Source of the DNA: a virus
Reading direction: 5' to 3' (one strand)
Length of the DNA stretch: 64,000 nt
IMG/VR virus record: IMGVR_UViG_3300020045_006384
Span: 1 to 64,000 of that record
The notes under the pieces: model-generated
Database searches by the model: none
Seen by the model: only the letters and a program-made list of their open reading frames with translations
Told to the model about the DNA's origin: nothing
Translations under genes and position numbers: made by a program
Part shown: positions 10,020 to 20,519 of the stretch, one piece after another
Layout of the letters: each line of letters starts with the position of its first letter
Numbering within the stretch: position 1 is the first letter of the stretch

Positions 10020-12419
10020 ATTCGTACTTTTCTTTTTTATTCTATTTATACTTTGATCCACTTTTTTAGCTTCCATTTGATCTTTATGTTTAATCATGTC
10101 TTGATCTAAAGCTTTTATTTTTAATAAATAATCATCTTTTCTTTTCTGAGTATCTAATTCAAACTTAGCTTCATCTAAAGGATTAACAATACCATCTTCT
10201 GATATTTCATCACCATCTAATGATTTAGATAGTTCAGCAACATAACGTTTAGTTTCATTATCTCTTTGATTTTTTATATCTTCAAGTTCTAATTTTCTAT
10301 TTTCAAGATCTGCAGCTTGTGCCATTGCAGCTTGTGCATCTTTAGATTGTTGTTGTGAAGCTTCTGAGTTTCTTTGATGTGTTTGTTCTTCTGCTTCTTC
10401 TAGTCTTCTTCTCATATCTGATAAAGATGGACTAAAATATATATCCATAATAGTAGACATACTTCCACCATTCTGTAAGAAAGCTTGAGCATTTTGTTTA
10501 ATCATAGATTCTAATTCTTGTGTTTTAGAACTAGAAGTTATAACTAATCCATAATCATTTTCACAAAATTCATCAGCATCTAAATTTAAAATTTCAATAG
10601 ATTGGTCATCTAATATATACTGTACTTTTTTATTATTACCTTTTAATGCAATCTTAGCTGTTTCTAAAAAACATTCTAATACTCTAATTTTACATTGTTC
10701 ATGTAACATAAACCAATACTCTGTAATATGACTAGATTGATTAACAGAACGTTCTACACCACCAACAGTTTCTCTATTAGAGATTTGACCTTGACGTTGT
10801 GCAGATACTCCTGCAATCTCACCCATTTCCATTTTAATGAATTCAAGTAACTGGATATGTTGTTGAATGTATGAACCTGTTTCCATATCCATAACTCTAC
10901 CACCTTGTCCAGAAAAACCACCAGCTAATTTACCAGTCGCTGCACCTTGATTACCTTCTTTAAATGAATCTATTACTGCAATCTTATTTACTACTGCAAA
11001 GTGTAACCATTTTTCTATTTCCCAATTTTCAGGAACTTTAGCTAAATCTAATTCAAATATTTTACCATAATTAGTAGATATAGCTTTATTAAGTCTATCC
11101 CAAATTACATCATACATATATTGATAGTTTTTACATCTATCAACCAATGATACTGCTTTAGATTGGTTAGTGTTATATATTTGTCCAATAATACCTGGAT
11201 GACATAATGATGGGTTACTAATTTTATTATATTGTATTTTTCTAGGTTTAATATTTAAATAAACATCTTTACCTATTTTAACACCTTCCCACCATTCATT
11301 AACCCACATAGGAGTTAATTCTTCACCTAAATCTTTATTAGCAATATATTCTTCAGAAGCAATTTTATATTGTTCTTCTCCGTATTCATCATAGTATTTA
11401 ACTTTAACTACTTGCTTCAATGATTTCCAAAATACTTTTAACACACGTATGTTACCTGTAGCATCTGTAAAGTTAGAACCAAAGAAATGACCATTAATTT
11501 CAGCTAAATTAAATATAGTATCGTACATTCCTTCAACCCCAGTATTCAAAGCATCACGTAAAAGAACGTGATTATTTTGATCATCGGAGTAAGAGCCCCT
11601 AGATGATGTTTGAGTATATTCCATAATATAATCAATATCTTCAGGTTTTAATTCATCGTGATAAATATCAACAATTTTATTAGGACTCCAGTGGTCTTGT
11701 ATAATAATAATAGATGAATCTTCAATTCTATCTGAATTACCACTTCTAATACTATGTACTTTTAGTGGATTTAATTTAGTTAAATATGGTTCATCATGTA
11801 CTATATCACATTGATAGATTTCTTCAGCCATAATTAAAGCTTCTTTAAAACCATCATTAAATAATCTATCAAATCTTTGTTCTTGACTATAATGTTTTAG
11901 AATTTGATTAGCCATTTTCTCACGAATGTCTTGCCAACTATATTTCATATGTTTAGCAAGTTCATCCATTTTAGCTTTTAATTCATCTTCTTTATAATTA
12001 GCTTCTAAAAATTCAGTAAGTTTTTGTTGAAGAAAAGCTTTTTTATCTTCTTCTTTTTTACTAATAGCATCAGCATTAGTAACAATTACAGACCAATCAA
12101 ATCTACGTTTAATTTCCTCTCCTACCAACAAATCAATTTTTGGAACCATTATAGGATGATGTGGAATATTGCTAGGTACAAATGAAGCATCTATTTGATG
12201 TGGATTTACTACATTTGTTAAATCTCTAATATCTACAATACCATTATATAAATTTAAATTTACAACTTTGTTTTGAAGACTTTTCCTAACATGCTCATTA
12301 TTATAGAATGAATGTTTATCTGCATGATCCACATTATCTTTTCGCCATTCTTTATTTTTCTGGCTGTATTTTAAACGCTGTCTAGGCATTATAATACTAT
12401 TTATTCTTGGTGCTGGCAT
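10017..12419 (-). CDS. Portal protein
   Basis: 800 aa directly after the large terminase; KIDLLVGEE, EWWEG and AGVS.QRQG motifs and a coiled-coil C-terminus as in crAss portals. Confidence 0.85.
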   Translation of the reverse strand: MPAPRINSIIMPRQRLKYSQKNKEWRKDNVDHADKHSFYNNEHVRKSLQNKVVNLNLYNGIVDIRDLTNVVNPHQIDASFVPSNIPHHPIMVPKIDLLVGEEIKRRFDWSVIVTNADAISKKEEDKKAFLQQKLTEFLEANYKEDELKAKMDELAKHMKYSWQDIREKMANQILKHYSQEQRFDRLFNDGFKEALIMAEEIYQCDIVHDEPYLTKLNPLKVHSIRSGNSDRIEDSSIIIIQDHWSPNKIVDIYHDELKPEDIDYIMEYTQTSSRGSYSDDQNNHVLLRDALNTGVEGMYDTIFNLAEINGHFFGSNFTDATGNIRVLKVFWKSLKQVVKVKYYDEYGEEQYKIASEEYIANKDLGEELTPMWVNEWWEGVKIGKDVYLNIKPRKIQYNKISNPSLCHPGIIGQIYNTNQSKAVSLVDRCKNYQYMYDVIWDRLNKAISTNYGKIFELDLAKVPENWEIEKWLHFAVVNKIAVIDSFKEGNQGAATGKLAGGFSGQGGRVMDMETGSYIQQHIQLLEFIKMEMGEIAGVSAQRQGQISNRETVGGVERSVNQSSHITEYWFMLHEQCKIRVLECFLETAKIALKGNNKKVQYILDDQSIEILNLDADEFCENDYGLVITSSSKTQELESMIKQNAQAFLQNGGSMSTIMDIYFSPSLSDMRRRLEEAEEQTHQRNSEASQQQSKDAQAAMAQAADLENRKLELEDIKNQRDNETKRYVAELSKSLDGDEISEDGIVNPLDEAKFELDTQKRKDDYLLKIKALDQDMIKHKDQMEAKKVDQSINRIKKKSTN

Positions 12420-12451
12420 ATATAATTTATATTAAATTTATTAATAACCCA

Positions 12452-12528
12452 CTAATATACAAAATAAATTGTGTTATTCCAAATTATTTATAAGAAATAA
12501 CACAATTTTTTTTATTTACTAATAGCTA
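12452..12528 (-). promoter_or_regulatory. Bacteroidota-type promoter with upstream 16-bp box (portal)
   Basis: TTTGGAA (12483-12477), TATATTAG (12459-12452), box TAGCTATTAGTAAATA (12528-12513). Confidence 0.7.
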
Positions 12529-12536
12529 ATTTAGCT

Positions 12537-14771
12537 TTATTGATTATTTTTAAGTTGGGCATTACTCCAATTTTTTTCAAAAAAAGAATCCTGTGAAGCT
12601 TGTTTAACTTTATTATTTTGATTAGCTATCATAGAATTAGTTCTTTTAACTCTATCTTCTCTTAATAGAAACAACATACCTGCGGCAGACACCCTATCAA
12701 AGTTACCATCACTATTCCAAGCTATACATTCTTCTAAATAAGGAATACTTCTAATATGATGAAGTTTTAAACTATTATCTTCTTGGTCATCTTCATTATA
12801 TTGAGTTAACATATATTGTGCTTGCAATAATCTACCCCATTTATTTATTTCTTTATTAGCATGAGTACCTTTAGCTTTATTACCATATAGATTAGTTGCT
12901 TTAACTAATTCCATATCTTTTAGTATTTGTGGTACATCACATAAATAATGTAAACAATTTCTAGCATCAAAATAACTAAACAATCCTTTTAAGTTAGATT
13001 CATAATTAGCTTCACCATTATAAAATTTTAGTATACGCAATGCAGTTTCATAAGCATCATTAGCTAATCTAGGTCTACCTGTATATTCACAAACTATTCT
13101 ATCTGTAAAAGTATCCATACCAATTATACTAAATAAGGATTGTCCAGTATCAGCATCAATAGGGTCAATACCAAATATGTATCTTCCTCTAGCAATCTCA
13201 CCATTAGCATTCTTTTTAGGCATTTCAAATATTTCTAAACAACCTGTTCTATCTGTATCAGAACTATCATAAGCTCTAAGTGGATATTTATCAGTTGTCA
13301 TTTCCCATTTAGTATTACCAGCATTGTCATAAACTATTTCTCCAACATAATGTTCAGCAAGAAATGATTCTTTTTTAGGACCAATACTTTCTAAGTAATC
13401 TTTTATATCAGCTACAGGAAATACTGTACCCTCAGTACGCATAATAGCTTCTTGAGGTGTAATAGGTTCTTCAGCTTTCTTTTGAGTAATAGCTCTTGCA
13501 TCAGATGAATTATATTTTACAACATGTCTATCTGATAAAATTTCAACTAATGCTTTAATAACATCAGGCTCTCCACATGATTCATCATAGCATTCATTTC
13601 TATTTAAATATGCTCCCCAAAAGAAACCACATTCTAAATCACCATTAGCTCCTTTATCAAATACATTAGGAATACCTAATATATTATACGCTCCAGGTTT
13701 ATAGAATAATTTTTCAGAACCTGCAAATGAAGCTCCTTCAACACCACCTGTTCCACCTGCTAACATAAATCCAAATCCTACACCACCATCTTCTACGGCT
13801 TTTCTATTAACATTCCATGCTTTCTCAAGATTAGGAAACAAACCATCTTCTTCATAGTGGATATAAGGTCCTCTAATACCCCTGGCTTTATCAGGATTAT
13901 CTTTTAATGATATACATTTAACTGATGATAATAATCCTTTACGTGAACCGTATTCATCTTTATAACCAAGTTGAACATACATTTCTTTATTTGCATCAAT
14001 TGTTCTCATACGAGGTAACGGTGTATGTTCAGCTATCCAGTCTAAACAATCTAATATTTTACCCCAGATACCACTATCTCCAGATAAGAAAGTTTTCTCA
14101 GAAGCTAAATGGTGATTAATATTACCAGATCCTGTAAATACATACATATTTCTTGGTGACTCAGATGCATTTTTAAAACTGAATCCAATACCACGAGTTT
14201 TTAATACTTTACCATGTTTACCTATTCTTTTAGCATTAGAAGTATAATGAAAATATAAGTAATCTCCTAACCAAGGTTTTGGAAATTTTCTTACACGTTC
14301 ACCTTGAGCACCATCTTTATTTCTAGCAACTGTTTTAACAATCCATATAGGACTATAGTTCCAATAAAAATATAATTCTCCAGGTATCCATTCACCATCT
14401 GATTCACGTACTAAACCATGTTTCCATTTACGTAGTTCTTCTTTCCAATATTCAGCATATTCAGATTTAGGATTACTGTTTGGTGGTATATTAGTATACC
14501 TACCATTCTTTTCAAAGAATATAGCAGGTTGTCTAAAATAATCCATATCCTCTAATATATGAGGATTGGTTATATCTACATGAATTCTACCATCATCATA
14601 TAAATCTGATTTAGGTCTATCTTTAGCAAACCCTCTTATATGTTCAGGTGCTATTAAATTTTTAATAAACTTAATAGTTGAGGTATATTCAATTAAATTT
14701 TCATATACTTCTTTTGGTAATGTTTCTTTTAACTCTTGTGTAATTGGACTTTGGTACTTATTTAGTTCCAT
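12537..14771 (-). CDS. terL: Terminase large subunit
   Basis: Walker A-like LKTRGIGFS, Walker B HYEEDG, GGTGG coupling motif, RNase H-like GIDPID and NFDRVSA. Confidence 0.9.
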   Translation of the reverse strand: MELNKYQSPITQELKETLPKEVYENLIEYTSTIKFIKNLIAPEHIRGFAKDRPKSDLYDDGRIHVDITNPHILEDMDYFRQPAIFFEKNGRYTNIPPNSNPKSEYAEYWKEELRKWKHGLVRESDGEWIPGELYFYWNYSPIWIVKTVARNKDGAQGERVRKFPKPWLGDYLYFHYTSNAKRIGKHGKVLKTRGIGFSFKNASESPRNMYVFTGSGNINHHLASEKTFLSGDSGIWGKILDCLDWIAEHTPLPRMRTIDANKEMYVQLGYKDEYGSRKGLLSSVKCISLKDNPDKARGIRGPYIHYEEDGLFPNLEKAWNVNRKAVEDGGVGFGFMLAGGTGGVEGASFAGSEKLFYKPGAYNILGIPNVFDKGANGDLECGFFWGAYLNRNECYDESCGEPDVIKALVEILSDRHVVKYNSSDARAITQKKAEEPITPQEAIMRTEGTVFPVADIKDYLESIGPKKESFLAEHYVGEIVYDNAGNTKWEMTTDKYPLRAYDSSDTDRTGCLEIFEMPKKNANGEIARGRYIFGIDPIDADTGQSLFSIIGMDTFTDRIVCEYTGRPRLANDAYETALRILKFYNGEANYESNLKGLFSYFDARNCLHYLCDVPQILKDMELVKATNLYGNKAKGTHANKEINKWGRLLQAQYMLTQYNEDDQEDNSLKLHHIRSIPYLEECIAWNSDGNFDRVSAAGMLFLLREDRVKRTNSMIANQNNKVKQASQDSFFEKNWSNAQLKNNQ

Positions 14772-16219
14772 TGTCTTTCATTGAGTATAATTGTTTCAGT
14801 TGATAATACTGTTTTAGCTATAGACACTGCATTTAATAATGCACATCTAGTTACTTTAAGTGGATCTATAATATTTTCATCAAACATATTATCAGAATTT
14901 TTAAATACTGCACCATTTGCAATAATTCTATTAACAGGAGCTGTTAAAGATATTCTAATACTATTATTAAGATCACTTTTAAAAATTGAAATATTATTTA
15001 CAATAGATCTTAGTGCTTCACCACCACCTTGTACAATTCCTTCTTCTAATGCACAAGCAACAGCTAACACAGCATCATCATATCTATCTTTACGTTCTTT
15101 CATTTCTATTTCAGAACCACCACCTACTTTAATAACAGATGCTTTAGCTGTAAGATTAGCAATACGTTTGTTAAGTATTTCTACATCATAATCAGTTAGT
15201 TCTTTATTTTTAGAAAGCTCTGTTAAACTACTTACAATATCTTCAACATTAACATCTTCATGTTTTATTAGTAAACTATTGTTTTTATTAATAACACATG
15301 AACCAAGCTTACCTAAACATGATGGTAAATATGATTTGTTTGACTGTACAGCAACAATATCAGCTCCAGTAAAGTCAGATAAATCTCTAAGATAATCTTT
15401 TCTTACAGGACCAAATCCTGGTGCTTTAATAACACAAGCGTTAATGTTTTTATTAAGAACTAATGTTTCTAACTTACGTAATTCTTTAGGAGCAATATAC
15501 TCTGTAATGATAAGTAAGTTTTCTTTTTCAGAACTAATCTTTTCAAGTATTTGTCTAAATAATAAAAGGTCTTCTAGTTTTCCATCTAATAAAAGAACAT
15601 ATGGGTTTGTAAACTCGCAGGTTTCTTTGTTAGTATTACTAAATAGTTTAGACATATATGATACATCTAATTTCATTCCTTCTATTGTTTCTAGAGTATC
15701 TTCTAAATTATTAGATTCTTCAGCTTTAACTATATTAGAAAAGTTATAAGCCTGTTGTATAATGTCACCAATCTGTACGTCATTATTAGCAGATATAGTA
15801 GCAACATGTTTAATATCTTCACGTTTTAATTCTTTTGAATTAAGTTTTAATTGTTCAATAACTTTTGGAATAATTTCATCAAAAGCTTTATTAATATCTT
15901 TAGATTCAAAACCTTTTAAATTTTGAATAAAAGCATTAGCTAATACAATAGCTGTAGTTGTTCCATCACCTGCTTGTTTAACTTGTAATTCACAAACTTC
16001 TTTTACAAGTTGTGCTCCAATATTTTCAACAGCATTCTTAAATGATATTTCTCTTGCTACTGATACACCATCTTTAGTAACTTTAGGTTTACCAAATTCA
16101 TCAGTTATAATAACTGTTTTACCATTAGGTCCTAAAGTACATGCTATAGCATCTGTAAATTTCTGTATTCCACCAAATAATAATTCTCCAGCTTCATCTT
16201 TAAAATATATTTCTTTCAT
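14762..16219 (-). CDS. groEL: Phage chaperonin GroEL-like
   Basis: TLGPNGK, VTKDGVSVA, AGDGTTT, KAPGFG, IKVGG, EEGIVQGGG, IIDP.KV. Likely start MKEIY at 16219; no GGM tail. Confidence 0.9.
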   Translation of the reverse strand: MKEIYFKDEAGELLFGGIQKFTDAIACTLGPNGKTVIITDEFGKPKVTKDGVSVAREISFKNAVENIGAQLVKEVCELQVKQAGDGTTTAIVLANAFIQNLKGFESKDINKAFDEIIPKVIEQLKLNSKELKREDIKHVATISANNDVQIGDIIQQAYNFSNIVKAEESNNLEDTLETIEGMKLDVSYMSKLFSNTNKETCEFTNPYVLLLDGKLEDLLLFRQILEKISSEKENLLIITEYIAPKELRKLETLVLNKNINACVIKAPGFGPVRKDYLRDLSDFTGADIVAVQSNKSYLPSCLGKLGSCVINKNNSLLIKHEDVNVEDIVSSLTELSKNKELTDYDVEILNKRIANLTAKASVIKVGGGSEIEMKERKDRYDDAVLAVACALEEGIVQGGGEALRSIVNNISIFKSDLNNSIRISLTAPVNRIIANGAVFKNSDNMFDENIIDPLKVTRCALLNAVSIAKTVLSTETIILNERQWN

Positions 16220-16220
16220 A

Positions 16221-16787
16221 TTATTCAATTGCGAAACCATCTTCAAATAGTCCCATTGTTCTACTCCCTTTTGTTCTTCCTTCTAATTCTTTTTGTTCAG
16301 CTAATACTTCTTTATAAGCAGCTTTTAAATCTTTCATAATAATAGGAACTGATTTAAGTGATCCTGTAATAACAGCTAGTGTAGTTACTGTAGCACCTTT
16401 ATCTGTTCTTTCAGCTAATAAAACATCTGTCATTTCTAAATACTTAGATATATCATCAGCAGCTTTTAAAGACGATTTATATAACTTAGCAATAGGACTT
16501 AATGATCTTGAGTTATAAAAAGCAATAGCATCTTTTATTACTTGGTCTATTTTCCAATCTGATGGTAAACCAATATCTTTAATAATTTCTCTAGTCCTTT
16601 CAGCATCGTTTACTAAATAAACATAATCAGATCTAATATCTGTAAAGTAATAAATAAATAACATTTCTTTAAATGCTGTTTCTTTATTTCTATTTTTATC
16701 TCTTTTTAGTATTGCTTTAAAAGGTAACAATCCCCACGCTTCTTCAGTAACAACTAAATTAAATTCACGCATTTCAAATAATTTCAT
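16221..16787 (-). CDS. Conserved crAss-like protein (terminase small subunit candidate)
   Basis: 188-aa helical protein upstream of terL/groEL; the function is inferred from position only. Confidence 0.45.
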   Translation of the reverse strand: MKLFEMREFNLVVTEEAWGLLPFKAILKRDKNRNKETAFKEMLFIYYFTDIRSDYVYLVNDAERTREIIKDIGLPSDWKIDQVIKDAIAFYNSRSLSPIAKLYKSSLKAADDISKYLEMTDVLLAERTDKGATVTTLAVITGSLKSVPIIMKDLKAAYKEVLAEQKELEGRTKGSRTMGLFEDGFAIE

Positions 16788-17274
16788 AATCTTGTGTTTT
16801 ACTTTTATAATTAATATTTAGTTGTTGCTTTAATGTGCTATAATTAATATTATTTAATTTTGCACAATTTTTTATACTTGGATATATAGTACCTGTTTTT
16901 AAACATTTTATTTTAATACTATTTACAGTATGTTTATTTCTAAAACTTGATCCTAATTTAAATCTTGTTTCTTCACTTAATTCAACTTTAACTTTACCAA
17001 AAGAATCAATTCTAGAATTCAACCCTTTATTTAATACATCATAATAAATTTGCCAATAATGTTCTCGTTCATTAAGTTTATCTATTGTACAATTTTCAAT
17101 AATTTCAAAGTTATGATTTATATATCCATATTTACATAATGATTTAAATAATTTAGGTTGTTCCGTACATCTTTGTGTATGATATTTTTCAAATCTTTTT
17201 TTTATATTACAACTTTGCCCAACATAGATTTTTCCAGTTGGGCTAGTTATTTTATAAATTCCAATAATATTCAT
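16774..17274 (-). mobile_element. Free-standing GIY-YIG homing endonuclease
   Basis: GIYKITSPTGKIYVGQS..R...Y, LNERE, NUMOD-like C-terminus (YPSIKNCAK); overlaps its neighbours. Confidence 0.85.
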
Positions 17275-17397
17275 TATTTTTTTAAAGTTTTATAAAGTTT
17301 TTTATAACAATAAACTACATCTTTAGTATACCAATTATCATCAGCTGCTTTAGCTAAAATAATATTTAATAGCTTTAATTTATTTTTTGTTTTCATA

Positions 17398-17757
17398 TTA
17401 TCTATTATCTTTAGCTTTAACTACTCTATCTGTTACAAGAGCAAATATATTATCATTAACTTCAACTAAATCAATTTTAACTTCTTTAACTGCTTCATAA
17501 GCATTAGTTTGTTCAGCTCTTGAATTAACCATTAACTTTTCAATATCAATTAATACTTTCTGTCCTGCTGGAACTTGCGCAGTAGAACCAGCTGATACTA
17601 CATATTGAACATCTGATAATACTGAATCACTTAGATCCAATCCATCTTCTTCAATTCTATTAGTTGTAATATAGATACCATTAAACATTGGTTCTAAAGG
17701 AAAATTCAATATTAAGTCTAATACGTCATCTTGATTTAAATTTCTTCTTTCTTCCAT
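17398..17757 (-). CDS. GroES-like co-chaperonin candidate
   Basis: 119 aa; LEPMFNGIYI, VVSAGS...VPAGQKVLI and ALVTDRVV follow the GroES pattern; close to groEL. Confidence 0.55.
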   Translation of the reverse strand: MEERRNLNQDDVLDLILNFPLEPMFNGIYITTNRIEEDGLDLSDSVLSDVQYVVSAGSTAQVPAGQKVLIDIEKLMVNSRAEQTNAYEAVKEVKIDLVEVNDNIFALVTDRVVKAKDNR

Positions 17758-18020
17758 CTTTCTTTTCTTATTTTATAAAATTTAGTGCATATATCATATG
17801 TGGTATATAATTTACCTATATATAGATATATAAAATTTGTTTTTAATTTATTATATTCTTCTTCTGTCATGTCATCATTAACTGACAACTCAACCATTTT
17901 ATCTCTTGTAAACTTATAAGGTGATCCTATTATCTTTTTAATAACATCATCTTGTAGATTATATTTTAAACCTATACTGTGTATAAGCGCTTTAACTTTA
18001 TCATCATCTGGCTTACTCAT
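17736..18020 (-). CDS. HU/IHF-like small DNA-binding protein
   Basis: LIHSIGLKYNL..DVIKKII helices and an FIYLYIGKLY strand; IHF-like genes occur at this position in crAss-like phages. Confidence 0.45.
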   Translation of the reverse strand: MSKPDDDKVKALIHSIGLKYNLQDDVIKKIIGSPYKFTRDKMVELSVNDDMTEEEYNKLKTNFIYLYIGKLYTTYDICTKFYKIRKERWKKEEI

Positions 18021-18471
18021 TATCAACAATATTAAAATTGAATAATACTTTAAAGTTTTTACTGTTTATTTCAAGTTCAGGAATATAGACACTTGCTACT
18101 TGGTTATCTACAATAACACCTTTCTTTCTTAATATAGTAAATATATTATTTAGAGTGTTTGTAGTCATACCTTTTTCAAAAACTTTATCTTCTACAATTT
18201 TTAATCTTGTATCATAATCAAATACAATTTTCCAAAGTATTTTATTATTAGTTGTATCTTTTTTATATAAATAATGATAATACAATAAAAGAGCTAATAC
18301 TTGTTGTTGTTGATTATTTAATGAATGCCAAGGCTTTAATAATTCTAACCATTTAAAAAATAAAGTTTTAAGTTTAACATTAATATTAGCAACTTTACTA
18401 TTAGTCATTATTCTTATTTTTTTGCCATTCAAAAATTGTTTTGTATTCTTGTAGTTCATTAATAGATCCAC
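18013..18471 (-). CDS. Hypothetical protein (possible winged HTH)
   Basis: TLNNIFTILRKKGVI C-terminal pattern; the true start may be near 18409. Confidence 0.45.
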   Translation of the reverse strand: MDLLMNYKNTKQFLNGKKIRIMTNSKVANINVKLKTLFFKWLELLKPWHSLNNQQQQVLALLLYYHYLYKKDTTNNKILWKIVFDYDTRLKIVEDKVFEKGMTTNTLNNIFTILRKKGVIVDNQVASVYIPELEINSKNFKVLFNFNIVDNE

Positions 18472-18712
18472 ATATCATACAAACATCATTACCTACTTCA
18501 TCTGATTCAATGTGTAATTTTTTACAAAATCTACATGCCCACACTGGTTCTTCATCGTATTCTTTTATTTTGTCATTCATTATTTCTTTAATTTTATTTT
18601 CTACATCATTTACATAATCTGTATCATATACTGGGAATGGTGCTAGATTATTGTAATATTTCATATGCTTAAGAAGCTCTCTATAGTTTCTAAGCGTTTT
18701 CTTGCTTTTCAT
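18401..18712 (-). CDS. Zn-ribbon protein
   Basis: CRFC...CMICGS. Confidence 0.55.
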   Translation of the reverse strand: MKSKKTLRNYRELLKHMKYYNNLAPFPVYDTDYVNDVENKIKEIMNDKIKEYDEEPVWACRFCKKLHIESDEVGNDVCMICGSINELQEYKTIFEWQKNKNND

Positions 18713-18896
18713 ACATTATATTTATTTCAGCATCAAAATAGTCACTATCTTGTGCATTATTCATAATTTTTATGTCATAATTATATCCTTTGTGTTTTTC
18801 TTTAAATACTTCTATATTAGAACTTATCTTATCAATATTATCAAGCAACTCCTTAAGAGGTTTATTTTCTATAACATATGTGTTAACTAATTCCAT
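18690..18896 (-). CDS. Hypothetical protein
   Basis: 68-aa ORF overlapping its neighbours in the operon. Confidence 0.5.
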   Translation of the reverse strand: MELVNTYVIENKPLKELLDNIDKISSNIEVFKEKHKGYNYDIKIMNNAQDSDYFDAEINIMYEKQENA

Positions 18897-19173
18897 TTGC
18901 GTTTTTATATTTATCCCATTCTATTTTACTCATTAAATCAGGAAATCTTTCAGGATTACAAGATTGTTGTACTGAAGTTTTACCTTTAAAGTCACATCCG
19001 CATTTAATACATTTGTTTTGAACAGCACAATCATCTTTACATAGTAATCTACGATATGCTATTTGTTCTTGTACATGTAATGGTTGTAACTTTAATTGTT
19101 CTAACCCAAGTTGAAGATTTCCTTCTAAAAAAGATTTTATATTATGAAGATTGATCTGTGGCTTCTTTTCCAT
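18883..19173 (-). CDS. Cys-rich hypothetical protein
   Basis: C..DC....CIKCGC......SC metal-binding pattern. Confidence 0.55.
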   Translation of the reverse strand: MEKKPQINLHNIKSFLEGNLQLGLEQLKLQPLHVQEQIAYRRLLCKDDCAVQNKCIKCGCDFKGKTSVQQSCNPERFPDLMSKIEWDKYKNANGIS

Positions 19174-19405
19174 GATGTAACTTACCTAATACTAAAAACT
19201 TCTCCATAGAGTCTAAATCTCTACCTAAGATAGGTTTTACGTAATCATTAATATTATCTTCTGTATATTCTATAGTTTGATCTAATTCTTTAGATATAGT
19301 TTCCATTTGAGCTAATATACTATAAAACTTCTTAACATGTAACTTAGTTTGTTTCTTATTATTAACAACTAGTTGTCTTTTACCATTCTTTTTATATGTA
19401 CTCAT
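19142..19405 (-). CDS. Hypothetical protein
   Basis: 87-aa ORF, translationally coupled. Confidence 0.5.
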   Translation of the reverse strand: MSTYKKNGKRQLVVNNKKQTKLHVKKFYSILAQMETISKELDQTIEYTEDNINDYVKPILGRDLDSMEKFLVLGKLHHGKEATDQSS

Positions 19406-19707
19406 TATACGTTTAATTTAGGAAAGTTTAATAATTCTTTAATCTTATTTTCTTCTGGTAACTCAGGGATAAGCTTTAACATCTTATTATAGTTATCTCT
19501 AGTCATTATAACACAATCAATAGTCATATCTACATCAGAGATATCATTATGAGGATAATGTTGTTTAGTTTTAACAAGATCTGTATAATCTCTAATTACA
19601 TCAAATAACATTGTTCTTTTAGCAAACTGTAAGTTGCTTTCATTTAAAATACCATTTAAGGTATTAATACTATGGGTTTGTTTTTTATATAAAAAATAAT
19701 CTTTCAT
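19405..19707 (-). CDS. Hypothetical protein
   Basis: 100 aa, TAATG overlap with neighbour. Confidence 0.5.
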   Translation of the reverse strand: MKDYFLYKKQTHSINTLNGILNESNLQFAKRTMLFDVIRDYTDLVKTKQHYPHNDISDVDMTIDCVIMTRDNYNKMLKLIPELPEENKIKELLNFPKLNV

Positions 19708-19973
19708 TAGTTTAATCTTTTAATTATTATATCACTATCAATTATATTAAAGTTTTCATCTAAAAATAATTGTTCTCTTATTTTAGTATTTTTATCAGCT
19801 ACATATATCTGAGCTGTTAATACTTGTTGGTCATTTCTAAATAACCCTACATTAACATCTAATAATCTATCATTACTTCTATGTTTATGTGTATAGTAAT
19901 GACGCATATTAAATAAATCTTTTTGGTTGACAATTAAATCTTGTCTAATCTTTTCGTGTATATATTCTATCAT
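19707..19973 (-). CDS. Hypothetical protein
   Basis: 88 aa, TAATG overlap. Confidence 0.5.
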   Translation of the reverse strand: MIEYIHEKIRQDLIVNQKDLFNMRHYYTHKHRSNDRLLDVNVGLFRNDQQVLTAQIYVADKNTKIREQLFLDENFNIIDSDIIIKRLN

Positions 19974-20164
19974 TATATTTTATCTGTTTGTTTTTTATAA
20001 AAATCTTCTATAAAATGGATATATTCTTCCATTGTAATTTGACCCATAAATAATTGTTCATATTTAAACTGTCTTATTTTCACCCATTCATTCCACCCAT
20101 ATTCTTCAGTAATCATATTTTCTGGTAGTCTTTTACCATTACTTTTTATATCTTCTTCCATCAC
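19973..20164 (-). CDS. Hypothetical protein
   Basis: 63 aa, coupled. Confidence 0.45.
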   Translation of the reverse strand: MMEEDIKSNGKRLPENMITEEYGWNEWVKIRQFKYEQLFMGQITMEEYIHFIEDFYKKQTDKI

Positions 20165-20360
20165 TTACTGGGTGTAATATGTTATATGTTTTAAACAACA
20201 TTGTATTAAATCCATTTATATCAAAACCATCTTTAGTTATATATTCAGCTTTAGATATTGTTTGACTATTAGGTAAAATTATATTATCTTTATGCCATAT
20301 AATTTTTTTAAACCATTCTTGATATGTTTCTTTCATTTTATTATAATTATTTTTTTTCAT
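20139..20360 (-). CDS. Hypothetical protein
   Basis: 73 aa in the same operon. Confidence 0.45.
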   Translation of the reverse strand: MKKNNYNKMKETYQEWFKKIIWHKDNIILPNSQTISKAEYITKDGFDINGFNTMLFKTYNILHPVSDGRRYKK

Positions 20361-20475
20361 TTAAATTTTTAATAGCGTCACATATTTCTTTTAATCTGTA
20401 ACTTATGTTTAATAAATTTAAACATATTAATATATTAATAAATGCTTCCATGATTCTTCTTTTTTTAATTATAGT

Positions 20476-20512
20476 ACAAAGATACAAAATAAAATTGACA
20501 TATCCTAATAAA
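20476..20512 (-). promoter_or_regulatory. Bacteroidota-type promoter
   Basis: Minus strand TTTTATTAGGATATGTC...TTTTGTATCTTTGT (TAnnTTTG); near-identical to the plus-strand copy at 63347-63384. Confidence 0.6.
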
Positions 20513-20519
20513 ATTGCAA

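Noticed and set aside
780-15749. Plus-strand ORFs inside the structural module (780, 4707, 6611, 8638, 9566, 13925, 14781, 15444)
   Set aside because: Antisense shadows of well-supported genes, with no motifs.
16774-17274. Group I intron around the GIY-YIG gene
   Set aside because: No P/Q/R/S core nearby and the flanking ORFs are complete; it is free-standing.
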